Made by a program: the position numbers and the translations under genes. Under the pieces are notes generated by a model that searched no databases, was not told where the DNA came from, and worked only from the letters and a program-made list of their open reading frames with translations. A DNA stretch of 64,000 bases, taken from positions 248,001 through 312,000 of the forward strand of contig QPGO01000007.1 in assembly GCA_008632985.1 (NCBI GenBank), in the 5' to 3' direction. This document shows positions 35,367-47,070 of the stretch, piece after piece; the stretch's first letter is position 1; every line of letters starts with the position of its first letter. This DNA is from Psammoneis japonica (lineage: Eukaryota).

Positions 35367-36485
35367 ATGGCGGAGAAGGCTTCTGTTTATTTCTCCAAGT
35401 TTAAGGAAGATCTTCCCATTGTGGAAGGCAAAGTCTTCGTGATCACTGGTGAGTCACAAAGTCACAACACGCTTTATAACGCGTTGTTGATTGTTGCGTC
35501 AAGGTCTACATTCCATGGAGTATTATTCGCCTGCTAACCCGCTATTACTTTTACTTCTCGATTGCTAGGCACAACTTCTGGCACCGGATTTGTTGCTGCT
35601 CAGACCGTAGCCGAAAAAGGTGGAGAGGTCGTTTGCCTCAACCGAAAATCGCAGAGAGTGACGGACGCCACAGCCAAACTCCACGAAGCCGTCCCTTCTG
35701 CCAAAATTGTCAACATTGAGTGTGATTTGCAAGATTTTGCATCCGTCAAGAAAGCGTCCGAGGAAGTGAGATCCAAATACAAACAAATCTATTGTTTGTC
35801 GTGTAATGCAGGGATTTCCCATACGGCAGACAAGGCGACCAAAGATGGATGCTGCAATCAGATGCAAACCAATCACTTGTCTCATTTCATTCTCGCCGCC
35901 GAATTGTATCCTCTTTTGGAAGCGGAGGCAACCTCTGGAGGAGACGCCCGAGTAGTGTTTCACTCGAGTGAAGCGCGTGGAATGACACAACACAAGAGAC
36001 TGGAACAAAAATATCTCGAAAAGAATGGAGGCAACTTAGGTGACGATAGCAAATCCATGTTCTTTGGAGGAGGACGCAGCTACCGATATTCCCAATCCAA
36101 GCTGGCCAATAGCGTCATGATGTATGCCATGCAGGAAAAGTTACTTGCAAAAGGATCCCAAGTCAAAGTGTTTGCCGCCCATCCTGGGTTCGCCTCAACC
36201 AATCTAGGAGATTCCATCGACCTACCTTGGTTCGAAACTATGCTTTTCAAATATGCGTTAATGCCCTTCATGATGCAGTCTGGTGAAGATGGTACCATGG
36301 GACTCTTGACGGGTATGATGGCTGGAGACGCCATATCAGGCACCTTGTATGGGCCTGTTGGCAAGGGTGGGATGGCAGGACCAGCCGTTGCCATCCCGCC
36401 AAAGCCATGGGAGAACGATCCTGAAGCCATAAAAATGCTGTGGAAAACTAGCGAGGAGACAACAGGTGTGACGTTTACAATTTGA
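35367..36485 (+). CDS. Short-chain dehydrogenase/reductase (retinol dehydrogenase/WWOX-like); intron about 35449-35568
   Basis: VFVITG/TTSGTG, CDLQDF, CNAGI, QTNHLSHF, catalytic YSQSK, AAHPG. Confidence 0.9.
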
Positions 36486-37344
36486 TTCCTTTTCGAGGTT
36501 TTTATTTAATGTTTTTGCAGCAAGAATCTAGTCCTCCAGAAAATCGCGACCTTGCGGGGAGCCAAACTTTTTGCTGCTATGGAAGTGAATTGGTGCAATA
36601 ACACATTATTCGAACTCTAGAGAGAATACCAGTAGCAAGAGTAATCTTCATTAAACGTCCGAAAGCATGGAAGATCGAAGGCAGGACGAGACACCACAAA
36701 CGACCACATAGACACCTAGACCCGCCAAGCAAAGAAACAGGGGAGCAACTGCTGAGCTGTATGTAAGTATCAAAGAGGGGTTTATAGGTCTGTCGCCGAT
36801 GCATTGAATTTTGAAAGAAGCTGCTTTTTGAACGCTCTCGCCAGAATAAGCTACCAACACTCTGGATGAAGCAGCATTTGTTGCTCGAGTCTACGAACAG
36901 ACTGCTTAATCAAGCCAACGAGTACTACCTACAAGCGGCTTTGTATCGCTGAGTCCATTCGACGGAACACCTGCACCACCATCGGGAGCATTCGCCATCG
37001 TTACTGTCATTCATCTACCTACGAGATACGAGTAGATCAAGATGTGGGAGGCAAGATATATCTTGATGAACAACGAGAAAGGGATCGCGTTTTGGTGTTT
37101 CGTTGCGAGCTTGTCAGTCGTACTTGTAGCCGCGACCCTCAATCAGCACGACTAAAAATCGCAAAAATGAGAAACTTGAAACCCAAATGAAACGGCACAC
37201 AAATTAACGGACATAACCAATCCCAAACGACTACACCGTGATCGCAACAACATCTTACGTCTTTTGCTACAAGAAAGGACGGCTCAAAGAAGAAGCACAA
37301 CACAAAAATAAGAGGCATATCGAAGGAAGCATCGAATTGCGTCA

Positions 37345-38532
37345 ATGACATCGCAACTTTTTCAACTCCTCACGTCCCGACAGTGGGACAAAGCTCTTGA
37401 CTTGATACGGTCAAGGCCGGAAGAAGCTCAAACACTTCTTACAACAGGAAAACGTGGAGCGGCACCGATATCGGCCTTGCACGTAGTCCTTGCTCATTCA
37501 AAATGTAGAGGAGATGTTCCGCTACCCGTTGTTCAAGAACTGTTGAAGGTAGCCCCAGAAATGGTAAAAACGAAACATTTGTATACGGGGAACCTTCCTC
37601 TGCACGCCGTATTTTACAATGCTTTCTTTTCCGCTGCAAAGAGAAAAGCACTAGCGGAAATGATTCTGGAGGCGCATCCTGAATCCCTAACGGCTCGGAA
37701 CAACGATGGTAGGACTCCACTGCACACGAACTGCTCTCAACATTGCAATCACGAACCTATTATAATGCTGCTAGAAAAGGCCCCGGAAACTGCAAGGTGG
37801 GCAGATAGGAACGGTGATTATCCTATTCATTTGGCTTGCAGATCTCAGAAGTCCCCAAACAAGTCAATAGAAACATTATTTAATGCATATCCCGAGGGCA
37901 TTTTGAAGAAAAACAAGGACGGATGCACTCCCTTGGAGGTAACAATTCAAGGAGCATTCCTCGGACAGAAGAGACGATCAAGGATTTCATTACTACTAAA
38001 GTTTCAGCGACAAGTGTTAAACACAGACGTTTCGATCGACGAAACGTCGTTTGAGATGACGGAACAATCAAAGTCGCTTTTGGAGAAGCGAAAGCGCAAG
38101 AAGGCAGAGGTCTTTGTTTCTATGCGCCGGTCTCCGGTGAAGCGTTGGTACTCAAACATTCAGGACGTGGAATCAGACCTTGAAGAAGAATCGACATCGT
38201 CTGAAGCTGAATATACGGATCCACCTAAGAAACGTTGTCGTTCAAATACTATGGAGTTTATCCCTGTTGTTTCGTTCGAATCCGCCGAAACTGAATCCCG
38301 TCAAGAAGATACCGATCAGGTTGTGCTAAGCGAAGAGGTGCGAACGGACGTGGAATCGACAAACACGACAGAGATTGACGAACATTTCAAGAACTTGAAT
38401 TTCATGCCTTCTTTGTCGGTCGACAAGAGCGAAGTCGTGGAAGCATGGAGTAGCTCCGCCATTCTCGTTGCAATGAAGAAAGGACGACTAGCTAACGAGG
38501 GAGAGCTTACACCTACGGCTGTGAACGCGTGA
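37345..38532 (+). CDS. Ankyrin-repeat protein
   Basis: SALH, GNLPLH, GRTPLH, GDYPIH and GCTPL repeats followed by a low-complexity tail. Confidence 0.85.
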   Translation: MTSQLFQLLTSRQWDKALDLIRSRPEEAQTLLTTGKRGAAPISALHVVLAHSKCRGDVPLPVVQELLKVAPEMVKTKHLYTGNLPLHAVFYNAFFSAAKRKALAEMILEAHPESLTARNNDGRTPLHTNCSQHCNHEPIIMLLEKAPETARWADRNGDYPIHLACRSQKSPNKSIETLFNAYPEGILKKNKDGCTPLEVTIQGAFLGQKRRSRISLLLKFQRQVLNTDVSIDETSFEMTEQSKSLLEKRKRKKAEVFVSMRRSPVKRWYSNIQDVESDLEEESTSSEAEYTDPPKKRCRSNTMEFIPVVSFESAETESRQEDTDQVVLSEEVRTDVESTNTTEIDEHFKNLNFMPSLSVDKSEVVEAWSSSAILVAMKKGRLANEGELTPTAVNA

Positions 38533-38562
38533 AACCTGTGAAGATTGCTAATTCTTAACTCA

Positions 38563-40487
38563 TTAGATCACTTTTTCCGGTTTTTCGGAATCAACGTCAC
38601 TCTCGGTATCTTCAACTTCGTATTCCATAGACACGTCCCATCGTGAACTTGGCGCACCACTTCCAACGTATTTGACGAAACGCATTGTACCCGGGTCTCG
38701 GTACACCAGCGAGAGCGTGTTGTTGCTCGCCGACACGCTCAGCAGCTCTGTATCGTCTTCGTCGTCATATTCGGCTGCAGCGGCATTGTCCTTGGAGTCG
38801 TTGCCGTCGCCGTCCTCTTCATCGTCCGCTGCAATGTAGCACTCAAAGCCACCGTAATCTCCCAATTCCCACATTGCATCCGCATCGTTGCCAATCAAAT
38901 CTCCGGTTTCTTCGTCGCGGAGACATTGCTTGCCATTTCCTGCAGCGAAGCACAGCGTTGCATCCAAGACGGACTTGGTTGTTAATATGCCATAATGGGC
39001 GACCGTGTAGTCCATTCCTGGACGAAATCGACGCACTCTACCGCGATATCCCAAGGGAGTACCAAGGCTTGTCAGTAGACCAAGATACCGACCAAAGGCT
39101 GCCGATTCAAAGACGGATGCTTTCAAAGAACCGAGCAATGATCCTGCGGACTCTTCTCCCTCGTCGGATTGCTCCCCAACATACTCCAAAAAGCGCTGCT
39201 TGTGTGCCGGTCCGACTGCCTTCCAGTTGGTTTCGTCCATTCCCGTTTGATAATCCAACACGGGAGGGTTGCCCCGTTTGTCGAGTCCACACGCCTCATC
39301 GGCCTTGGTCGTGGCGTTTTGAATCTTGCTCATGGCGGATGGTTTGAGAAAATCTCGCAATTGTACACTGGAATCCTCCTCGAATCGTTGTCGTATTTCG
39401 TCCATGGACTTTCCGTGAGGTAGGTGCCATTGATGAATTGTGCAAGATGGGCGCGGTCCGACTCGGACAGCGTGTCGGCTGCTGTTTCTGACGTTTTCTC
39501 TGCCGGCGTAAAGGATCCCTCGGTATCTTCGCCTTTTGCGGTTGACTTTAATCGGCTCAACGTGGCATCTTGTATCTTTTCTGGAGCGTCCTTTGCATGA
39601 TACCAACCTGCGGTAATAAAGAGGAGAGGGTAAGTCAAGACGTTGTCAAGCTTCATAACGAGAATCCACAAATATTTCTCCACAAGTAGCCTCACCTTGA
39701 ATGGACAATCGCGGACGATCGCCAAGAACTTCTTGTACAGCATGAAAGGAAACACCCGGTTTGACTTCAAAATACGCCATGGTGTTGAACGTTGGAGGAA
39801 TGGATTTGCTAGGAAACACATTTGGCGTCCCATGTTCATGGTCGTACAGTTCCAAACACCCTCCTTCCGAAACATCCCATTCGGGACTTGGATCCGTGAG
39901 ATAGATAATGTACGACACTTTGCGCGTTCCAATGACGTCGTCGTGACAAAGCAAATGACAACCCGGTGCATGACAATTGGCGGCACAATCCACCTCATCC
40001 GTGAGTGTGTTGGGTTCCAAATTGTTGATTTGCTCGACAAGAGCACGAAACTCGGACGAATACAGAGCACCCTTGAGCTCGAGGAGGCGTGGCATGATTT
40101 GTTGCGAGTTTTCCTTTGATAGGTTACCCAAATCGATGCTTTGATAAACACGAAACAAGTCGCTTTCTTTGAATTTCACCTTGGAGTGATTTTTGATTTC
40201 ATCCAAGACTTGTTCTGTGGGAAAGATGTGGATTTGAGTCACATGTTTTAAAAGATAAACAGAGCAGTACACGAGATCGCCATTGCCTCACCTAAAAATC
40301 CATCCACAAAGAGACCTTCAATTCGACCGTGAGGATACGGTTTCGCCGTCAGATATGCATTTCGCAATTCTTGTCGCGATTTTGCCACACGTGGATCAAT
40401 GACGTTCATCATCCCGCTGTTAGAATCCGTATCTGATTCATGGTTTGTTTTTAGCTTTTTTGCTTCTGGTGAATTATGGCCATCCAT
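38563..40487 (-). CDS. OGFOD1/Tpa1/Ofd1-like prolyl hydroxylase (2OG-Fe(II) oxygenase); two introns; frameshift near 39420
   Basis: AKPYPHG, KESDLF, LLCHDDVIGTRKVSYIIYLTD, SFHAVQEV, RLSIQ/GWYH; C-terminal domain with GPAHKQRF, RRFRPGMDYT, LSLVYRD..MRFVKYV. Confidence 0.88.
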
Positions 40488-41043
40488 CGTTTCAAATCAA
40501 AAACACACAGTTTCGTCGTCGTCGTTGCCAATAAGAACAACAATCGTTGTATGAAATCTGTTGTGATTGAAATCTTTGTTGTGTTCGTGTTCGTGTTGAC
40601 TCTTTTTTTTGTTGTTGGAGCTGTGATCTTTCGTCTGTCCGTCGAAGAAAGATCTTTTTGGATTTTCTCCAAAATTTTTCGAAAGTTTGACCTTTGACTT
40701 TCGATCTTTTCTTTCTTGTCATCATTGCTCGCAACACCACAAAACAGCAAAACAACACGGAAAAATAAAATAGTCTCTAGTCTAAAAAGTGATACATCAA
40801 GTAGAAAGGCGATCCAGAGCCGCGAGATACCGGTAGCGAGAAACAGTCAGTCATCAAGGACGAAAGTGGCAAGGGGACAGTTCCACGATGTCATCCCAAG
40901 GTAGAACCACAATCTTGTCGCAAACTCGCAGAGAGAGAGAGTAGAACTCGCATTCATGGAGTGTACATGGATGCAGACATAATGAAGGAAGATGTCGAGG
41001 ATTAGCGGTTGTGAATCATGAACATGAACAAGCCGCAAAGTCA

Positions 41044-41806
41044 TTACAAGCCCGCTTCTTCAATCCATTTCAAGTAATGCGCACGGAACACTTCGAGACT
41101 TGCTTCGGTTTCCTTGGTCAAAGTCTTGAGTATCGAAGTGCTTCCTTGTTTTTCTACCCTTTCTTTAGATGTTGGTAGCAATCGAAGCAAGAGAGATGGA
41201 AAACTCATGCTAATCTCAAGATTCGCCGCGATGGAAAACTCTAGATTGTCGCCGATTTGCACAATGGTCATCCTCGAAAGAGAATGAACCGAACTGCTAC
41301 TACTAGAAGCATCACCTTTTTTCTTGCCGGATCCTGTAAGCTGGTTGTAAATCCAAACCATTGGAGGTGCCCCTTTGACTTGCCGTTGGTCTGATATTAG
41401 AGTAAACTGGTATTCGGGTAGCTGGATGAAGAGGTTTTGAGCAGCTTGCTCCCTACCAGAATAATCGAAGTCACCTTGATTCCCGGAAATTTCATCCCAC
41501 CGGTGACAACTGTAGAATACGTCCTGTTTGCTTGGTTTCTTTGCGCCCATTCGAAGGCTTCTTGTTCCATCGCTCGAGCAACTCGGGCGTTGTTTTACGT
41601 GTTCCACTTTATGTTTGCCACCCCCTGAAACCAAAAAGTTGCGGTGCTCGTCCATTGAAAGAAGTCGTACATATTTGTGGGAGACACTTGCGTACTGGCT
41701 CGGTCGTAAATAAAGTCTCTCCCGAGAAAATCAAAGTAGTAGCGCTTGTCGTGTCCATGACAAGGACTGCTGAACAAATGGCGAAAAGTAGATTCCTACG
41801 CGACAT
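41044..41806 (-). CDS. Signal-peptide protein, possibly DUF1997-like; frameshift near 41660
   Basis: MSRRNLLFAICSAVLV signal peptide; C-terminal LEISMSFPSLLLRLLP..KERVEKQGS. Confidence 0.5.
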
Positions 41807-42689
41807 GGTGCTCTTACGGAAACTACAGCACTTCTAATCAGTGAAACACCGCACTGATTGTGGATCTGATCTCTGACGCCTGTGGCTTTTTCTCGGCAGA
41901 TATAATAATTGGGTTGCGTTATCGTCCCGCTCTATAGCACCAATACGATGTTGAACTTGAAGCAGAACGACGAAGTGATGTTGTGATGAGCTATTGCGAT
42001 GCGTTGTTGCCACGATTGAAACCTTGCGCCAAAGCGCGCGAACAGTGGCGGGCGTGTCGAAAGCATGTATGAGGCTACGACTAGCATAAACGTACCTGTT
42101 ATACCGGTCAGACATTTTGTATTGGATTTTATGTACCCCTTTATTTAACGATAACGGTTATTGCCAAAACAAATAGCAGGTTTTACATGTGTATCATATA
42201 CAAATGTCTCACAAAAGTCCATACCTTTCAACTATTTAAATGTTTTTGTAGATGTTACACATTCAACCGTCGATACTCCGTTTGTCAACTCCGTCTTTGA
42301 ATAATACTTCATATATGCTCGTATGTTTGATTAAATTGCGTGGCGGGCGTGGGCATGACCTTCATTTGAATTCGTACTTAGAAAGAGTCATTCTATGTAT
42401 TGCCTCAGCATTTTCTTCGTTAAGTGCGTAGAACAGTACAAATCTTACGCAAAAAGTCATATGCAGTCATTCAACATTCTTGTATATTCGTCATTAATAA
42501 ATCATATCAATGTTTTTTATATGTCAATGATTATATCATATTGCATTTTATGCTAGTCGAAGCCCCATACCGGTATGCGCATGCACGCCATGCAATGCAC
42601 GCAGGAAGAGCGCAACGCATGCACGTCTTCGGCCTGCCCTCAGCCCGATCGTCAATCGTCACGAGTGTGCTGGACTTTGCGTTCGTTAC

Positions 42690-44700
42690 GAACGTGAAAT
42701 CCAAGACTCTGCTTGCATCCATCAAGCAGGGCAAGGCAGCACATGTGCAGCATGGGTTCAAGGTCACAGAGACACATGTGGGCAGGCAGTTTGAGCCTCT
42801 TTCTTGGGTGGGGTGCCAGCCATCGGAAGCACGCACTCTTGACCTGGGTGCTGCCTCACACCTGAAAGGGGCAATTTGGGCCTGGCCAAATCGAACAATG
42901 CAGGTCCATCAATGCAACCATTTTTTCATTCTTCCTGAACATCCTTTCCCATCCATGGTTGAATCTGTTGGGTGGTGTCAATTTGCAACTTGTTGCTGAG
43001 TGCGAAGCTCAACATCACGCCCGGGAGCCACAGTCCGAGGTTTTTGATGTTGCCATCATCTTTGTCCATCTGCAGCTGATTGCAGTTGTCTTCTGGTGTT
43101 CCTTCTTTGCTGCGCATGCCCTCCCAGAGTGTCTTTTGACCAAACTTCATCACACTTGTCTGCACACCCTTGCTCTCAATCTCTGCTCATGACTGCACTT
43201 TCCCAACTCTTGGAGCCTCTCCAGCCCTTGCTTGTTCCAACTGTGATTGCTTTTTGCTTGCTTTCCTTTCCCCATGCTGTGCTTTGCATTGAGAGCAAGC
43301 CCTTTCAATCTGTTCTCCTTCAGCTCTTCCATTGTTTTGCCACACATGTGGGCCCACTTGCTCCCGTTGTTCTCCAACACAGGCAGACACAATGCCTTGT
43401 TGCCCGCAGATGCCAACTTGTTCAAGCAATGTCTCAATTTGAGCCAATGATTCCATGTTGTTTTCCCAACCACAGTTGGCAGGAAGTGGCACAGGTGAAA
43501 TGGCTTTGGGCCTTTGTGTTGCTCTCCTCCTCTCCAGCATTTCCTCCAGAGATGGTGTCTTGTTGTTTTGTCGAAATGGCAGCCAGTCCATCCAAAGGAT
43601 TGTCAACATCAACATTGGAAACATGCAGCAAAGAAAAAACAACAGCCAGGAGAGACTTTGCTTTTTTTCTTTGTGTTTGTGTTGTCTGGGTTGTTGTTGT
43701 CAAACAAAAGTTTTCTGGGAGAAAACCAAGGAGCATCTTTGACTTGCTTGACACAGTCAGTCAGAAAGTCTGACAAATGCAGAAAGCACAATGGGATTGT
43801 CCGCTGGGTGCACATGACTGATGAGCACACCTGTGAAAGTGCAGCTGCAGTTCTTGCACATGCCCAGTGACTGATGATTGGTGCCAGTGGAGGAAGAAGA
43901 AGTGGTGGTGGTGGCTGCAACAGACGAGTCTTTGTCGTGTGTGCTCAAAACATGCAACAACAAATCAGCAGGCATTTTGCCTGCTTTCTTTGACAGCACC
44001 TAAAAATCCAATCAATCAATGACAGGGTGGATGTTGTTTGCAATGCAAAGGCTGTCATTGTGATTGTTTTGCTTGGGAGCAACTTGTGGGCTGCCCCTCT
44101 CACCTTGAGAGTGCTGATGAGCCAGACGTGAACGAACGGCGCTGCACACACAAGGAAACAAGAGGCCACGCTGGTGCAATGTTGAGCCTTGGCATCAGCG
44201 CTTGGACCAGTGGCTTGTCCAAACAGCAAAAGCTCAGTGCAAGGAGCTCCACAAAGAGTTGGAGCTGGTGACAGCCACAAGTGCGCACACAATGCCGACA
44301 CACAGATGTTGTGGACAGGAAGGTTCATGGAGAGCCAGGGGCACAAGAAAGCAAAGAACAACATTTTGTTTCAGGGCAAGAAGCTCAATGTGAGGAGATC
44401 CACAGAGTTGGAGCTGGTGTTGGTCATGTGCATCACCGGCTGCGCTGCAGCACACACAGCTCTGTTGTGGATGCAGGAAGGCTCGCGGAGAGTCGCCAGG
44501 GGCACAAGAAAGCAAAGAAATGGAGAAGAATGGTTGGCAGATAATTTCAAGCTCCAAGTGCTGGCAGACCACTCTGCCAAGGTGCTTCAAGGCCTGCTGT
44601 TCAGCCACATGGTTTGGGCCTCTAGAGAGAGAGTAGAAACCAGATCATGGGCAGGTGTGGCTCTGTGGAAAATGCACGAGGGATCTTTTTCGCCATTGCA
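42690..44700. mobile_element. TpA-depleted degenerate repeat domain 3
   Basis: TA nearly absent over about 2 kb; minus-strand relic ORF with LPVLENN...W...SWNKQGLERLQEL; diverged internal tandem duplication. Confidence 0.55.
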
Positions 44701-45258
44701 AGATTCCACATTCCCTTTGTTCGCAAAGATTTTCGGTCACATTATCGCACACTTATTCACACCAACACGGAATCGTAGATTCCCTGCCACCGCCTCGGCT
44801 TGGCTACAACCCCGATGACATGGCACAGTGCAAGCTACCGAATGGACGCAACAATCAATACACGAATATAACTAATGTATAACACATATACGAGCACATA
44901 TATTCGTGTGATGCTGCTGAGATAGTAGCTAGAAAATGGGGGAACAAATCTACGGATCTAAATCCGTCCATTTTGTTCCCCAGCACTGTGTGAACAGAGG
45001 GCGGTGTGGGTGGGAATTTTCAGCGTTGTTGGCCCATATCGGGACATCGCAACTGATCCCATTGCTACCGATCGTCTGCCAAGAACAATGAGGGGAACAT
45101 GGGAGGCCTCTCGTCGTTCGTCGTCGTCCGTCGTCTGTCCATCCACCTTCGACTGCGCGCTACTATCGCGCGGTGACTCCTCCAAGAGCGCGACCGCCCA
45201 CAAGGTATCCTCTCCTTGTGCTTGGCCTACCGTCTTGGCCTCGAAACAAAAAACAACA

Positions 45259-45897
45259 ATGACAACGGAGAAGCGCCCAGCTTTACCGGTAGAGCAGAAC
45301 GCTCGGGAAAAGCGACCCAAGATCGAAACAGCTGCTGCTGAAGAAGAGGAGCTTGGTGTGAACGAGCTGGTTGCGGATGTTGGCGCGGATGGTTCCAACG
45401 TCGGTGTAGCAGATTCCAACTCCAAGGAAAATGACGGTGACACGGATGATTCGAACGACGACTCCTGCACTGACATTGAAAGCTTCGTCCAAGCCAGAGA
45501 TCATCTGAAAGATCTGTTGCAGTGCACCAACACTCAAGACGTTGACGACTTTTACTCGTCGGATGGCTCGGATGGACTGTTTGTAGCTCGAGTGCAAATC
45601 ATCAACCACGCATCCGGTAAAAATTTCTCGGCAAAACAAGTGAAAGGAAACCATCGCAGTGGCTGTGGCGCTTGTGGAGAGGTGCCTCGTTACGGATACT
45701 ATGCCGTTGATGAAACAAATGGCTTTTACTACATGCCTAAATTATGCGAACAGTGCGTCGAGCATCGATCTAACCTGCTGCTCGCTCTTGACAATCGCAG
45801 CTTCTTGAAACTTCACAGGATGCGCCGAGACTTGGAAGAAGCAAGAGTCATTTTCTTTGACCCCTTTTGTGCTGGTGGACTCTTTGAATGTGGCTAG
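45259..45897 (+). CDS. Hypothetical protein with acidic N-terminus and CxxC...CxxC putative zinc site
   Basis: ATG after an acaaca context; CGAC and CEQC pairs. Confidence 0.55.
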   Translation: MTTEKRPALPVEQNAREKRPKIETAAAEEEELGVNELVADVGADGSNVGVADSNSKENDGDTDDSNDDSCTDIESFVQARDHLKDLLQCTNTQDVDDFYSSDGSDGLFVARVQIINHASGKNFSAKQVKGNHRSGCGACGEVPRYGYYAVDETNGFYYMPKLCEQCVEHRSNLLLALDNRSFLKLHRMRRDLEEARVIFFDPFCAGGLFECG

Positions 45898-47070
45898 ACG
45901 GACCTTTTCGTCACACGAGCTTTGGCGGGGAGCCGAGGACCTTGCAGGAGCATTTGGCGAAAGCTCAAGGGAATAAGAAAGATCAAGAAAGTAGTTGAGC
46001 ACTTGCATCGAATCGTGAGCTTTGAAATCCACTCAGAGAGTGCGAAACAGTAACTGGAGCGGTGCCGTTTGGTCGACTCTGCCTCCGGACGATTTGCCCG
46101 TAGATATTGTACTATTTTGTATCCTACTGTAAGTATCTTCAGATGGTAGAGCTGACCGGCTAGAAAAAACGAATGGGACGAGCAATAGAAAAGGAAAAGG
46201 AAGAACTATATCTTCAGAGGCTATTCCCCTTGCACTCTAGATAGAGATAGCATTTCATTCACTTTTCACTCGGTACTTTTCTCCGCTTCGTTCAAAGTGG
46301 TAAAACTGAAATTCTCATAGATCGTTGGCGTCTTCCGCGACGCAGTATTGGCAGACAAATAGATCTGTCTTGCTTGCGTGAGCAAGACAGGAACACCCCA
46401 ACAACACGAGTGTGATTCTTTATACTGTTTGGTCTACAGCAGTCGTCGTGGAGTCTACCAAATCATGCCAACCCTCTTTGTAATCGAGCAAAACAACACG
46501 GGAAATCTGATAGTCTCTAGTCTTTTAAAGAGTGATACAGCAAGTAGGAAGGTGATCCAGCCTCGAGGTAGGGAGAAACAGCTGATGCACAGCAAGAACG
46601 AAAGCACAAGAGAGGACAGTTCCAACACGTTACCCCAAAGAAGAGCCACAATCTTGTCGCAAACTCGCAACACTTCACTGTGTGTGGATCTGATCTCTGG
46701 CGCGTTTTTGCTTTTCTCTGCAGATTCAATAATCGGGTTGTTTTGTCGTCCCGCTCTCTAGCTAGAGAGCACCGATGCGAATGTTGAAAGACGATGTGAT
46801 TTGATGATTTGCGGATGCCACGATCAAAATGAGGTGCGAAAACCGCAGAGCGAGGGAACTGCACCAAAAGCGTGCGAAAAAGTGGCGCATAAGGAAGCCA
46901 AAAAAACCAAAAAAAAGGCGCGAAACGTCTGTCTGCGTGCCCGATGGATATGATACGATACGCAATGTTGGATGGAGTTGGACGTTTGGATACGATGATG
47001 ATGTGTTGATGCTATTGTTGCCGCTCCGTTTGTTCAACACTCGAGTGCCAACGCCTTGGTATTAATTAGA

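Larger units (their letters stand above)
40747..46825 (+). repeat. Dispersed diverged duplication: 46488-46825 corresponds to 40747-40930 joined to 41845-42020
   Basis: Shared blocks gcaaaacaacacgg, tagtctctagtc, ccacaatcttgtcgcaaactcgca, tgtggatctgatctct, tcgtcccgctct and tgccacgat in the same order. Confidence 0.8.

Noticed and set aside
44245..44520. CRISPR-like repeat-spacer array
   Set aside because: Only two diverged units, eukaryotic context and no cas genes.
42400..44920. Terminal inverted repeats around domain 3
   Set aside because: Only 7-9 bp matches (ctcagca/tgctgag, tatattcgt/acgaatata), too short to separate from chance.
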